From: Vampirovibrionales bacterium
Lineage (GTDB): Bacteria > Cyanobacteriota > Vampirovibrionia > Vampirovibrionales > Vampirovibrionaceae
DNA: 64,000 nucleotides
NCBI GenBank assembly: GCA_029262635.1
Contig: JAJCZA010000005.1
Coordinates: 535,135-599,134, forward strand
Reading direction: 5' to 3'
Position numbers and translations under genes: made by a program. Positions 8,428 to 17,294 of the stretch are shown piece after piece. The notes beneath the pieces are model-generated. The model was not told the origin of the DNA. It worked only from the letters and a program-made list of their open reading frames with translations, and did no database searches. How positions within the stretch are numbered: position 1 is the first letter of the stretch; every line of letters begins with the position of its first letter.

Positions 8428-9324
8428 CTAGGCTTTCTTTGAGTCGTAGGTGTAAAATCCCTGATTGGTTTTTCGTCCCAACAGGCCGGCATCAACCATG
8501 CGACGTTGAATAATATGGGGTTTATAACGAGGTTCGTGGAAATAAGCTTCATAAACAGACTGAGTTACGGCGAAGTTGACGTCCAGTCCGATGAGATCCA
8601 TTAGCTCGAAGGGTCCCATCTTAAAGCCACCAGCTTCTTTTAAGACTTCATCAATGGTCTCATGAGATGTCGCTTGTTCTCCCAGAAGTCGGAGAGCTTC
8701 ACCGTAAAAGGGTCGAGCCACTCGGTTCACAATAAAACCCGGTGTGTCTTTGGCGATAACCGGGGTTTTACCGACGGCCTGAGCGAATACTTTTAAGGTC
8801 TCAATGATACGGGGATCTGTTCGTTCGCCCCGGATAATTTCAACGAGTTTCATCAGAGGCACTGGGTTAAAGAAATGGAGACCTGCTATTCGATCCGGAT
8901 TTTTGGTTGCGCCCGCAATTTCAGTGACGGAGAGCGACGAGGTATTGGAGGATAAAATTGTCCCGTCGGGAGCTAAGGCATCTAGCTCTTGAAAGATCTC
9001 TTTTTTGAGAGCCATGTTTTCCGGCACGGCTTCAATCACCAAATCGCACTGAGCCGTCTCTTTAAGCTTTAGTGTGGTGATCAGGTTTTCGTTGACCCGC
9101 TGAAGGTCATCGTCCGTTAGCTTGCCTCGGGCCTTTCCTTTGGCTAGTGAGGTTTCAATCTGGGTACGGCCCCGTTTGAGGAAGTCTTCCTTAATATCAA
9201 ACAGAACCACCTGAAACCCCTTGAGAGCAGAAATTTGGCCAATCCCTGCTCCCATCGTACCGGCGCCAACAATCCCGACCCGTTTAATGGTTTCAACAGG
9301 AGGGGTATCAGTTTTTTTGCTCAT
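8428..9324 (-). CDS. paaH: 3-hydroxyadipyl-CoA dehydrogenase (PaaH N-terminal half)
   Basis: GAGTMGAGIGQ, SNTSSLS, GLHFFNPVPLMKLVE, DTPGFIVNRVARPFYGEA, FKMGPFELMDLIG. Confidence 0.85.
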   Translation of the reverse strand: MSKKTDTPPVETIKRVGIVGAGTMGAGIGQISALKGFQVVLFDIKEDFLKRGRTQIETSLAKGKARGKLTDDDLQRVNENLITTLKLKETAQCDLVIEAVPENMALKKEIFQELDALAPDGTILSSNTSSLSVTEIAGATKNPDRIAGLHFFNPVPLMKLVEIIRGERTDPRIIETLKVFAQAVGKTPVIAKDTPGFIVNRVARPFYGEALRLLGEQATSHETIDEVLKEAGGFKMGPFELMDLIGLDVNFAVTQSVYEAYFHEPRYKPHIIQRRMVDAGLLGRKTNQGFYTYDSKKA

Positions 9325-10099
9325 AGTAGGGGATCCATTCCGGCATGGTCAGTCCTGCGGCCAATACCTTTTCTTCAACTTCCTGACGGTATTCCATGCG
9401 AACCACGTGGTTATCGCGTTTTTTTAGGCCTAGTTTTACGTAGGTCTGGCATCCAGGGGCGTTAGGTCGACCAAAGATGTTCATGACCCGAGGGTACCAT
9501 TTATTGAGCCCTTCCTGAAGCTCAACTTTGGTGTCTGGACTAGCGGCCAGCCGTTTGAACCAGGTATCTCCATGGACGACGTGCATCATTTCTTCCTTGA
9601 AAATGCTTTTGAGGCCGCGCATCCAAGGGGCGTAGCTTGATTCCAGCGTGTCTTCCAGTTGATGTCCGGCTCCTCGGTCCATAAGGAAGTTAAATAGAAT
9701 AAAATCAGTCCAGCTTTCGATGGGATAATAAAAAATATTCACCCGTTTATCTTGGGTTAGCCTTTCACTGGTCAGCTCTTGGCCCGAAGGCATTCGGAAA
9801 TGGTAGTCATGTTGCTTAATATAGCTTTCCACGTCCATGCCAAGTTCGGCCAGTAGATTAAACATAGCGTAAGCATGACGAATTTCGTCCTTGACGATTT
9901 GGGCGACCAACACTTTCTCGTGGATATCCGGGGCTTTCTCAATCCATGGAATATAACCATAAGCACCAGCTAGTTCAGAGTCTGCTTGTTGAAGCAGGAG
10001 GTTTGTCAGCGCTGTTCGATACTCTTCAGACATGTCGTTATTGGCTTCAATTTTTTCACCTGCGTTGATTTTTTCTACAAATTCTTCTGCGGTTACCAT
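9308..10099 (-). CDS. ferritin-like diiron aryl-CoA epoxidase subunit (PaaA/PaaC/BoxB family)
   Basis: GEKIE..DMSEEYR N-terminus as in PaaA. Diiron ligands DSE, DEIRH, MDRG, EEMMH. Confidence 0.85.
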   Translation of the reverse strand: MVTAEEFVEKINAGEKIEANNDMSEEYRTALTNLLLQQADSELAGAYGYIPWIEKAPDIHEKVLVAQIVKDEIRHAYAMFNLLAELGMDVESYIKQHDYHFRMPSGQELTSERLTQDKRVNIFYYPIESWTDFILFNFLMDRGAGHQLEDTLESSYAPWMRGLKSIFKEEMMHVVHGDTWFKRLAASPDTKVELQEGLNKWYPRVMNIFGRPNAPGCQTYVKLGLKKRDNHVVRMEYRQEVEEKVLAAGLTMPEWIPYYEQKN

Positions 10100-10122
10100 G
10101 GTTTGGTTCTCCTTACGTTTAA

Positions 10123-10935
10123 TTATTTTCCAGTGAACACGGCTTCCCGTTTATCGAGAAATGCAGAAACCCCTTCCTGGTAATCGGTGGTCTGGCCAGC
10201 GATCTCCTGGAGGTGGGCTTCATAGTCCAGATAGTTCTCTAAATCTGAGGTTAGTCCCTTATTCATGGCGCGTTTAATTAAGCCAATGGCTTTAGTGGGG
10301 CCTTTTCCAAGCGTCTGAGCTAACACATTAGTCTCTGTTTTTAGGGTTTCTGCCGGGTAAATCCTGTTGACTAGCCCGTAATCGAGGGCTACTTCTGCTG
10401 AAATCTTATTACCCAGTAAAGCCAGCTCCATGGCACGCCCCATACCAACGAGGCGAGGCAACGTCCAACAAGCGCCTGAATCAGGGATCAACCCTACTTT
10501 GACAAAGGCCTGAATAAAACTGGCTTTCTCCGAAGCAATGCGCAAATCGCAGGCGAAAGCGATACTGGCACCCGCACCAGCGGCCACCCCATTAACCATG
10601 GCAATGACGGGTTTTTCTAGGGTGCGCAGTTTTTGGATAATCGGGCTATAGCGCTTTCGAATAGAGTCGCCTAGATGAGGACTGTCTCCGTTACTGGCGG
10701 TAACGCTACGACTTTGAAGATCTTGTCCGGCACAAAAGCCTCGTCCGGCGCCCGTGAGGATAATACAGCGAACTGCTTGATTTCGCTCGGCGGATTTTAA
10801 TGCCTTTTGTAATTCGAAGCTGAGTTCGTCATTAAAAGCGTTCAGGCAGTCAGGGCGATTTAAGGTTAGGGTTAGCACACCCTCCGCATTGAGTTCTTCG
10901 AGTAACCACTGGGTTTCAGTTTTTGCTTGAGTCAT
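10123..10935 (-). CDS. paaG: 1,2-epoxyphenylacetyl-CoA isomerase (crotonase)
   Basis: LTGAGRGFCAGQDL, VNGVAAGAGAS, FIQAFVKVGLIPDSG, LPRLVG, DYQEGV. ATG 10935 with GGAGG SD. Confidence 0.85.
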   Translation of the reverse strand: MTQAKTETQWLLEELNAEGVLTLTLNRPDCLNAFNDELSFELQKALKSAERNQAVRCIILTGAGRGFCAGQDLQSRSVTASNGDSPHLGDSIRKRYSPIIQKLRTLEKPVIAMVNGVAAGAGASIAFACDLRIASEKASFIQAFVKVGLIPDSGACWTLPRLVGMGRAMELALLGNKISAEVALDYGLVNRIYPAETLKTETNVLAQTLGKGPTKAIGLIKRAMNKGLTSDLENYLDYEAHLQEIAGQTTDYQEGVSAFLDKREAVFTGK

Positions 10936-10946
10936 TTCGATGCCTC

Positions 10947-11738
10947 CTATTGATGCTGCCATTCGGCTGGACGCTTTTCCATGAAGGCGGTCATGCCCTC
11001 TTTCTGGTCTTGTGAGGCAAACAGCAGGTAGAACAGCTTGCGTTCGTAATCGAGTCCGCCTTCAATGGTGGTATCAAATGATTTTAAGATGGCTTCTTTC
11101 GCCAGTTTTACGGCGACACCGGGTTTGTTCGCAATGGTTTTAGCGAGGACTTTGGCTTCATCCAATACCACTTCATCGGGCACGACTTTCGTGATGAGTT
11201 CCATGTCGTAGGCTTCCTGGGCTCCAAACATGCGACCCGTAAGAATCAACTCCATAGCACGGGCTTTACCGATGGCGCGAGTCAATCGTTGGGTACCTCC
11301 CGCACCAGGAATAACACCAATACTGATTTCCGGCTGACCAAATTTAGCGCCTTCGCCGGCAATAATCATGTCGCACATCATGGCCAACTCACAGCCGCCA
11401 CCTAAGGCGAACCCATTAATAGCGGCAATGATCGGTTTCTTCAGTTTGCGGACTCGATCCCATCGAGCCAGTTGATCAATGAGCAACATGTCCACAGCGG
11501 ATTTATCAGCCATTCGCTTGATATCAGCCCCGGCGGCAAAGGCTTTGGCGTTGCCCGTCACAATCAGGCACCCGATGGTGTCATCGTTGTCAAACGTTTC
11601 CAGGGCGTCCACCAGTTCGACCATTAAGTCCGGGCTGATAGCATTCAGCACATCGGGCCGATTAAGCTGGACAATGCCGACCCGGCCGTCTTTTTGGGTC
11701 AAAATATATTGATATTCCGTTGTGGTAGTGGTTGCCAT
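10947..11738 (-). CDS. paaF: 2,3-dehydroadipyl-CoA hydratase / enoyl-CoA hydratase
   Basis: AFAAGADI, GGGCELAMMCD, FGQPEI, PGAGGTQRL; both catalytic Glu present. Confidence 0.85.
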   Translation of the reverse strand: MATTTTTEYQYILTQKDGRVGIVQLNRPDVLNAISPDLMVELVDALETFDNDDTIGCLIVTGNAKAFAAGADIKRMADKSAVDMLLIDQLARWDRVRKLKKPIIAAINGFALGGGCELAMMCDMIIAGEGAKFGQPEISIGVIPGAGGTQRLTRAIGKARAMELILTGRMFGAQEAYDMELITKVVPDEVVLDEAKVLAKTIANKPGVAVKLAKEAILKSFDTTIEGGLDYERKLFYLLFASQDQKEGMTAFMEKRPAEWQHQ

Positions 11739-11763
11739 CGTCTATACCCTCTTTCGGTAAATG

Positions 11764-12627
11764 CTATTCCAACAGTTCTTTTCTTAGCATGCGGTAGTCG
11801 GGCTTGCGTTTTTCGACAAATGCCCGGGTGCCTTCGCCGGTTTCCAGACTGCCGGAGTGGATGGTCAGCCAGTCTCGGGCATGACCAATGGTCATGCCCC
11901 AGGAAAAATCCCGCCAGAAGTTTAGTTGTTGTTTGGTGTAGCGGGTGCATTCCGGTAGTTTATTTAGAAGCCTATCGGCCATGGCTTCAACGGCTGTGTC
12001 CAGTTGTTCTCGTGGCACTACTTGATTCACTAGGCCCCACTCTAAAGCTGTTCCAATCGGGATTTCTTCACACAGAAGCAGGATTTCCCGTGCCCGACGA
12101 TCGCCCACAATTAAAGGCAACCATTGGGTAGCGCCACCGGCAGCAACCGACCCATGAGCCGAGCCCACCTGGCGGATGTAAGTGTCCTCCACGGCAATGG
12201 CTAAGTCACAAGCCATGTTCAGTTCGTTGCCGCCGCCGACGACGATGCCATTAATCCGGGCAATAGTTGGTTTGCCAACGTTTCGGAGCTTTTCGTGCAT
12301 GTCAATGAACCCGCCCATCCACTTCCAGTAGTCACGCGGACGGTCCAGAAAGTTGGCGGCTTGTTCTTTCAGATCGGCACCAGTACAAAAAGCTCGTTCC
12401 CCGGCTCCCGTATAAATTACCACACCGACTTCATCATCCCACGAGGCGTCTTCCGTGGCTCGAATGATTTCTCGAAAAGTGAGAAAGTCAAAGGCGTTTA
12501 GGCTTTTCGGGCGGTTTAGAGTAATTTTGGCTCGCCCATTGTATTTTTCATAAATAATATTCTGAAACCCCATTTCTTCAGGTTTTTCAGCACCTAACAT
12601 GGGGTGTGTCTTACGGGTTGTTGTCAT
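11764..12627 (-). CDS. crotonase-family ring-opening hydrolase-like (Oah/BamA-related)
   Basis: TGAGERAFCTG, RPRDYWKWM..F.DM, GGGNE, QVGSAHGSVAAGGATQWLPL, LLCE. Resembles 6-oxocyclohex-1-ene-1-carbonyl-CoA hydrolase motifs (from memory). Confidence 0.75.
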   Translation of the reverse strand: MTTTRKTHPMLGAEKPEEMGFQNIIYEKYNGRAKITLNRPKSLNAFDFLTFREIIRATEDASWDDEVGVVIYTGAGERAFCTGADLKEQAANFLDRPRDYWKWMGGFIDMHEKLRNVGKPTIARINGIVVGGGNELNMACDLAIAVEDTYIRQVGSAHGSVAAGGATQWLPLIVGDRRAREILLLCEEIPIGTALEWGLVNQVVPREQLDTAVEAMADRLLNKLPECTRYTKQQLNFWRDFSWGMTIGHARDWLTIHSGSLETGEGTRAFVEKRKPDYRMLRKELLE

Positions 12628-12632
12628 GAGCG

Positions 12633-12968
12633 TTAATAAACTCCTGCGCCTTCAATGGTGGATACTTCGGATGTCACCATGGTGACGTATTTTGAGGCAA
12701 AGCTCATAAGGTTATCCCCGGCAGCCTGACCTTCTGGTGATTTTAACGCGTTTTTTAGTGCGTCCATACTATCAAAGGTGAGTTCAGCGACCATATAATG
12801 AGGTAGGTCACCGCCCATCATGTTTTTAGTGAGCTTGGATACTTCAACACGAGCTAATCCTGGCATTTTTTGAGCTAATGGCAAGTGGGTCTCAAAGTAT
12901 TGGCGGTCAAAATCTTCCGGATTATCCGGTTGGGAGTAGAAAGCAAAGAGTTTTGCGGCTTTTGACAT
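12633..12968 (-). CDS. EthD-family protein
   Basis: FDRQYFETHLPLAQKMPGL, AELTFDSMDAL..ALKSPEG. First gene of the operon, GGAGG SD. Confidence 0.85.
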   Translation of the reverse strand: MSKAAKLFAFYSQPDNPEDFDRQYFETHLPLAQKMPGLARVEVSKLTKNMMGGDLPHYMVAELTFDSMDALKNALKSPEGQAAGDNLMSFASKYVTMVTSEVSTIEGAGVY

Positions 12969-13108
12969 GGTTTAAATACCCTCCAGGCCGACATAATCGG
13001 CTCTCTCTGATTGAATGACAAACCAGTATGACACCTGATTTGCGCCTATTTTGTCACAAACGAAACAGAGAATCAAAAGAAATACCCGTGGACAGGTAGG
13101 AGCGTTTT

Positions 13109-14416
13109 TTATTTGGAATAGCTTTCGGCCACCAGCTCAATGGGGTGTGCTATGCGCATGGGGTTGGCGTTTTCCTGAAGCCCTTTGGTAATTTGAAGAA
13201 GGCAACCAGGGTTACCCGTGACCAGTGTTTGAGCTTGAGTCGCTTCGATGTGCCGAATTTTTTCCGCCAAGATGTCATTACTCAGCTCCGGGTGTTCCAA
13301 ATTATAGATGCCCGCACTGCCGCAGCAAAAAGCAGCGTCTTTTAATGGGAGGAGGGTGAGTCCTTCGATCTGGTGGAGAACGTTTTCAGGTTCGTTAATA
13401 ATACCCTGAGCATGGTGTAGGTGGCAGGCGGCATGGTAAGCTACGGTTTGGGGTATGGGAAGGCGACAAGGCTTTAAGGGTTTTTTGGCTAATAGAGCCA
13501 TGATATCTACGGTTTTTTCTGAGAAAAGGCGAGATTTTTCAGCGTAGATTCCGTCATTGGCCAGTAGTTTCGTATAGTCTTTTAGCGTGGATCCGCATCC
13601 GGCCGAATTAGTGATAACCCAGTCGGGTTGGGATCTTAAAATGGAAAGCACGTTTTTCCGAGCCAGTTTTTTTGCAATGTCGTCTTCCCCGCCATGGTAG
13701 GCCAGTGCACCACAACAGGTTTGTTCTGGGAGTGTGACGTAATAACCGTTATTGACCAATGCCTTAATGGTCGCCCAATGGACAGAGTTATACATGACAT
13801 CCATGATACAGCCTGTGAATAAAGCGACACGTTCGTGTTCAGGGTTTCCAAACGACATGCCGATGTTAAATGGTTTGTGTTGGGGGATGGGAGGAATAAG
13901 CGCTTCGTAATGTTGAATTAGTGGGAGGAGGCTTAGGACATTTGAAAATCGGACAAGACGTTGAAGTCCGGCTTTTTGATACAGACGAAGCCAGAAGGCC
14001 CCAAACTGAAGTAAGTTGGAGTTGGGTAGAACTGTTTGAAAGAAAAAGCGCTTGAGATGGCGAATGAACGGATTTTTCTGGGTTAAGAACATCTTTTGGG
14101 ACTGATGAAGAATATCGCCGTAGGGCACCCCGGAAGGACAAGCTGTTTCACAGGCGAGGCAACCGAGGCACTGGCTCAGGTGAGGTTCTATTTGCTTTGG
14201 CTGGAGATGCTCGTTGGGCTCGTCTGATTCGTTTTTAGCGTCCTGTAACATGTGCTTTAACAGGTAAAGTCGGCCTCGAGGAGATTCTACCTCGGAGCCA
14301 GTTACCTTATAAGTGGGGCAAACGGGTAGGCAGAAACCACAGTGAATACACGATTTCAACGAATTCAGCAGACTGTTTGTGGAAGGTAGAGGTGTTGAGG
14401 GTTCAGAAAAGGTCAT
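13109..14416 (-). CDS. glcF: glycolate oxidase iron-sulfur subunit
   Basis: CIHCGFCLPVCP, ESPRGR, CLGCLACETACPSGV and two CCG domains. Confidence 0.9.
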   Translation of the reverse strand: MTFSEPSTPLPSTNSLLNSLKSCIHCGFCLPVCPTYKVTGSEVESPRGRLYLLKHMLQDAKNESDEPNEHLQPKQIEPHLSQCLGCLACETACPSGVPYGDILHQSQKMFLTQKNPFIRHLKRFFFQTVLPNSNLLQFGAFWLRLYQKAGLQRLVRFSNVLSLLPLIQHYEALIPPIPQHKPFNIGMSFGNPEHERVALFTGCIMDVMYNSVHWATIKALVNNGYYVTLPEQTCCGALAYHGGEDDIAKKLARKNVLSILRSQPDWVITNSAGCGSTLKDYTKLLANDGIYAEKSRLFSEKTVDIMALLAKKPLKPCRLPIPQTVAYHAACHLHHAQGIINEPENVLHQIEGLTLLPLKDAAFCCGSAGIYNLEHPELSNDILAEKIRHIEATQAQTLVTGNPGCLLQITKGLQENANPMRIAHPIELVAESYSK

Positions 14417-15690
14417 GAGCTGGACGATTCCTTTGTGTGAGAAGGGCTTGAAAAGACCAGGTGACGAGAGTGTAAGATATTATGCGGATCATACAGGGCT
14501 TTTAGTTGGTACATCAAGGCTTGAGCGACTGGGTCGTTAGGCAGGTTTAGTTTTTGAGTTAGGCTGAGAAAATCGGAGGGAAAGTCCAGTAGCTGGAGAT
14601 GCCCGCCTTGGTTCTGGGCTAATTTAGCCAGTTGCTTTAAAGGTTGTTTGAGTTTGGTCAATTGGGGCATATTGTCGGGCTGCCATATCAGGTGTACAAA
14701 CCCAGCGGCAAGACGAAGCTGGATGGGGTAGCTTTTGACTTCCGGGAACAAGGACTCAATTTCTTTTAGTGTTTTTCGTAAGGCGGACAAACCTTTGGGT
14801 ATGGTCAGACGAAGGAGGTGGGACTGATCCAGATGTGTCCGCTTTAGAAAAGATCGGGTTGTCTGGCTTGAGGTCGGTTTTGGGTTGCCCAGACAAGCTT
14901 TCAGTTCAGCCTCCAGCGTGCTGAATGAGTTTTTGGTTCCCTGCGCTCGGATCCAGAGTGCCCAGGATTCTTTTTGAAATAGTTCGCAGGCCGTGAGTTG
15001 GTGTCGGTGTTGATGAAGCCAGGGGAGCAAATCTTCCAGCCACGGGTGATGGGGTGACGAAACATAAAAGCCCCAGTCTTGAGTGGCCTCGGGTAGTGGA
15101 GCTAGTTTGAGGGTGACAGCGGTAATGACTCCCAGCGTATGATGGCTCCCGGTGTAGAATTTATTGAGGTCATATCCGGTGACGTTTTTAACCACCTCGC
15201 CACCGTAATGGGTGATTTCTCCATCGGGTGTTACCATTTCCAGGCCCAGCACGTAATCTCGAGGGTAACCGCCTGAAAGCCCTGTTTCCGCCGCTGGGCG
15301 GTCCTGAGCGATGACATCGGCGAGTAAGAGATCGTCCGGGTAGCTTAAGGGGAACTGTTGGCCTTGACTCGCGAGGGTTTGTCTTAGTTCACCCATGGTA
15401 ATGCCGGTTTCTACGGTAATGATTAGGTCATTTATTCGGTGGTTTCTAATGGTTTTTAGGTGTTTCATGTTCATCCAGAGGGGGTGTTCCATTAGTAGAG
15501 CGTCGTTATAGTTTAGAGAGAGAGGCCTCTTTTGTTGAACGGATATATGGAGGAGCTGGGCAACTTGTTCCACCTTGTTGGGGGTGAGAATGAACCCTTC
15601 GGTCTGGATGTCACCAATGGATAATGGTTGAATGACGGATGAGCTTTCCAGGGCTTCCAGTTCTTGGGTTGAAAGATCCATTAAATCCAT
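14413..15690 (-). CDS. glcE: glycolate oxidase FAD subunit
   Basis: RDYVLG, GGEVVKNVTGYDLNK, GSHHTLGVIT, LKALYDP. Lies between glcD and glcF with overlapping stop/start. Confidence 0.85.
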   Translation of the reverse strand: MDLMDLSTQELEALESSSVIQPLSIGDIQTEGFILTPNKVEQVAQLLHISVQQKRPLSLNYNDALLMEHPLWMNMKHLKTIRNHRINDLIITVETGITMGELRQTLASQGQQFPLSYPDDLLLADVIAQDRPAAETGLSGGYPRDYVLGLEMVTPDGEITHYGGEVVKNVTGYDLNKFYTGSHHTLGVITAVTLKLAPLPEATQDWGFYVSSPHHPWLEDLLPWLHQHRHQLTACELFQKESWALWIRAQGTKNSFSTLEAELKACLGNPKPTSSQTTRSFLKRTHLDQSHLLRLTIPKGLSALRKTLKEIESLFPEVKSYPIQLRLAAGFVHLIWQPDNMPQLTKLKQPLKQLAKLAQNQGGHLQLLDFPSDFLSLTQKLNLPNDPVAQALMYQLKALYDPHNILHSRHLVFSSPSHTKESSSS

Positions 15691-17138
15691 GCGCCTCCTG
15701 TGGTTAATAAGGGATTGCTGATGGAAAGGTGTGTTTCACCACAACCAGCTCGGATAGGAAATATTTTAAGGGGGTTAGACAGTTGCTGAGGGTCGAAAGC
15801 GGCTTTAATTTGTTTCATCTTGTTCAAGTCGGCCTCGGAAAACAGACGGGACATATATTTGGATTTTTCAATGCCAATGCCGTGTTCGCCACTCAGGACA
15901 CCGCCTGCTTGAAGGCAAACGTCTAAAATCTCCTCACCTCCTTTTAAAATCCGTTGGAGCATATCAGCATCGTCCGGGTCGAACAGGATATTGGGGTGTA
16001 GGTTGCCGTCGCCGGCATGGAAGACATTGCCGATAAGGATTTGGTGCTTTTTGCCAATGGCCAAAATCTTTTTCAGTACAGAGGTGAGCTCACTGCGTGG
16101 AATCACCGTATCGTGAAGATAAAAGGCGGGTTGGAATCGTCCGTAAGCGGCAACTGCACCTTTTCGAGCGGCCCAAATGGCTTGCCGATCTTCGGCGGTC
16201 TGAGCGGAACGGGTCTGCTGGGCGTTATTCTCCGAGAGGATGGCCATGAGTCGGTCTTCCTGATCCAGAACAACATGGAGGGTTCCGTCCAGCTCAATGA
16301 GAAGAACGGCTTCGCTGTCTTCAGGAAAGCCAATGTCATAAGCCTGATTAACGGCTTTGACCGTAAAGGCATCCATAAATTCCAGTGCGGATGGGATAAG
16401 GCCGCTGGCGATAATCTGAGATACAGCGTTTCCTGCCGATTCAATGGTGGAAAACGTCGCGAGATAAGCACGAATTTCTGTGGGCTTGGGGGTTAGTTGA
16501 ACGGTGGCTTGGGTGATAATGCCCAGCGTGCCTTCGGATCCGACTAACAGACCAATTAAATTCAAACCATGAGAAGAACGGGTTTTTCCACCGAGTCGGG
16601 TTATTTTACCATCTGGAAGGACGACTTCCAGTGCCAGAATATGATCCGTGGTGACGCCGTATTTAATACAGTGGATGCCACCAGCATTTTCCGCGATATT
16701 CCCGCCGAGGGTGCAGGCAGACTGGCTCGAGGGGTCGGGGGCATAGAACAGCCCGGTTGCCTCTAATGCTTGATTTAGGTGGGCGTTAACGACGCCCACT
16801 TCCACCGTGGCGGTGTGGTTCTCCGTGTCGATTTCCAGAATCTGATCCATGCGGTTTAGGCTGATGAGAACGCCGCCCTTTAAGGGAAGCGCACCGCCGG
16901 ATAGCCCGGTTCCCGCACCCCGAGCTGTAAAAGGGATTTTATGGGTGTGGCAAAAGCTAACCACCTGACTGACTTCTTGTGTGGTCTTGGGGAGTACCAC
17001 AATTTCCGGGGCGTTTTTTATCAGCAGGCAGGCGTCACATTCGTAGGCAATAAGTTCTTCCGGGCCGTCAAGAACAAAGCGGTGACCCACGATTTTTCGG
17101 AGATGGGCAACGCTAGCTTTTAATGTAATGGTGATGAT
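15681..17138 (-). CDS. glcD: glycolate oxidase subunit D
   Basis: AYECD, RGAGTGLSGG, YAPDPSS, GGNIAENAGG.HCIKYG, FHAGDGNLHP, GEHGIG. ORF-track GTG 17090 truncates the N-terminal helix; ATC 17138 has a GGAG SD (start uncertain). Confidence 0.9.
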   Translation of the reverse strand: MITITLKASVAHLRKIVGHRFVLDGPEELIAYECDACLLIKNAPEIVVLPKTTQEVSQVVSFCHTHKIPFTARGAGTGLSGGALPLKGGVLISLNRMDQILEIDTENHTATVEVGVVNAHLNQALEATGLFYAPDPSSQSACTLGGNIAENAGGIHCIKYGVTTDHILALEVVLPDGKITRLGGKTRSSHGLNLIGLLVGSEGTLGIITQATVQLTPKPTEIRAYLATFSTIESAGNAVSQIIASGLIPSALEFMDAFTVKAVNQAYDIGFPEDSEAVLLIELDGTLHVVLDQEDRLMAILSENNAQQTRSAQTAEDRQAIWAARKGAVAAYGRFQPAFYLHDTVIPRSELTSVLKKILAIGKKHQILIGNVFHAGDGNLHPNILFDPDDADMLQRILKGGEEILDVCLQAGGVLSGEHGIGIEKSKYMSRLFSEADLNKMKQIKAAFDPQQLSNPLKIFPIRAGCGETHLSISNPLLTTGGAWI

Positions 17139-17294
17139 AAAACGCTCCAGGACAAAATGCGAAGGGGTGAATCTATTATAGAAGAAAACGCCGTGAGGAA
17201 AATACGAGGTGTAAGTGAGGTGTGTTGGAGGTCTCTGTTTGGTGATAAGATAAAGGCCAATCGTTGGAATGATAAAAATGGAGAGGGTATTAAT

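Noticed and set aside
8402-8430. Stop read-through joining the two paaH halves
   Set aside because: The ORFs are out of frame (26-nt gap) and the second has its own ATG.
11764-12627. Call as menB
   Set aside because: Lacks MenB FCSGGDQ and GSFDGG motifs, and the context is paa rather than men.
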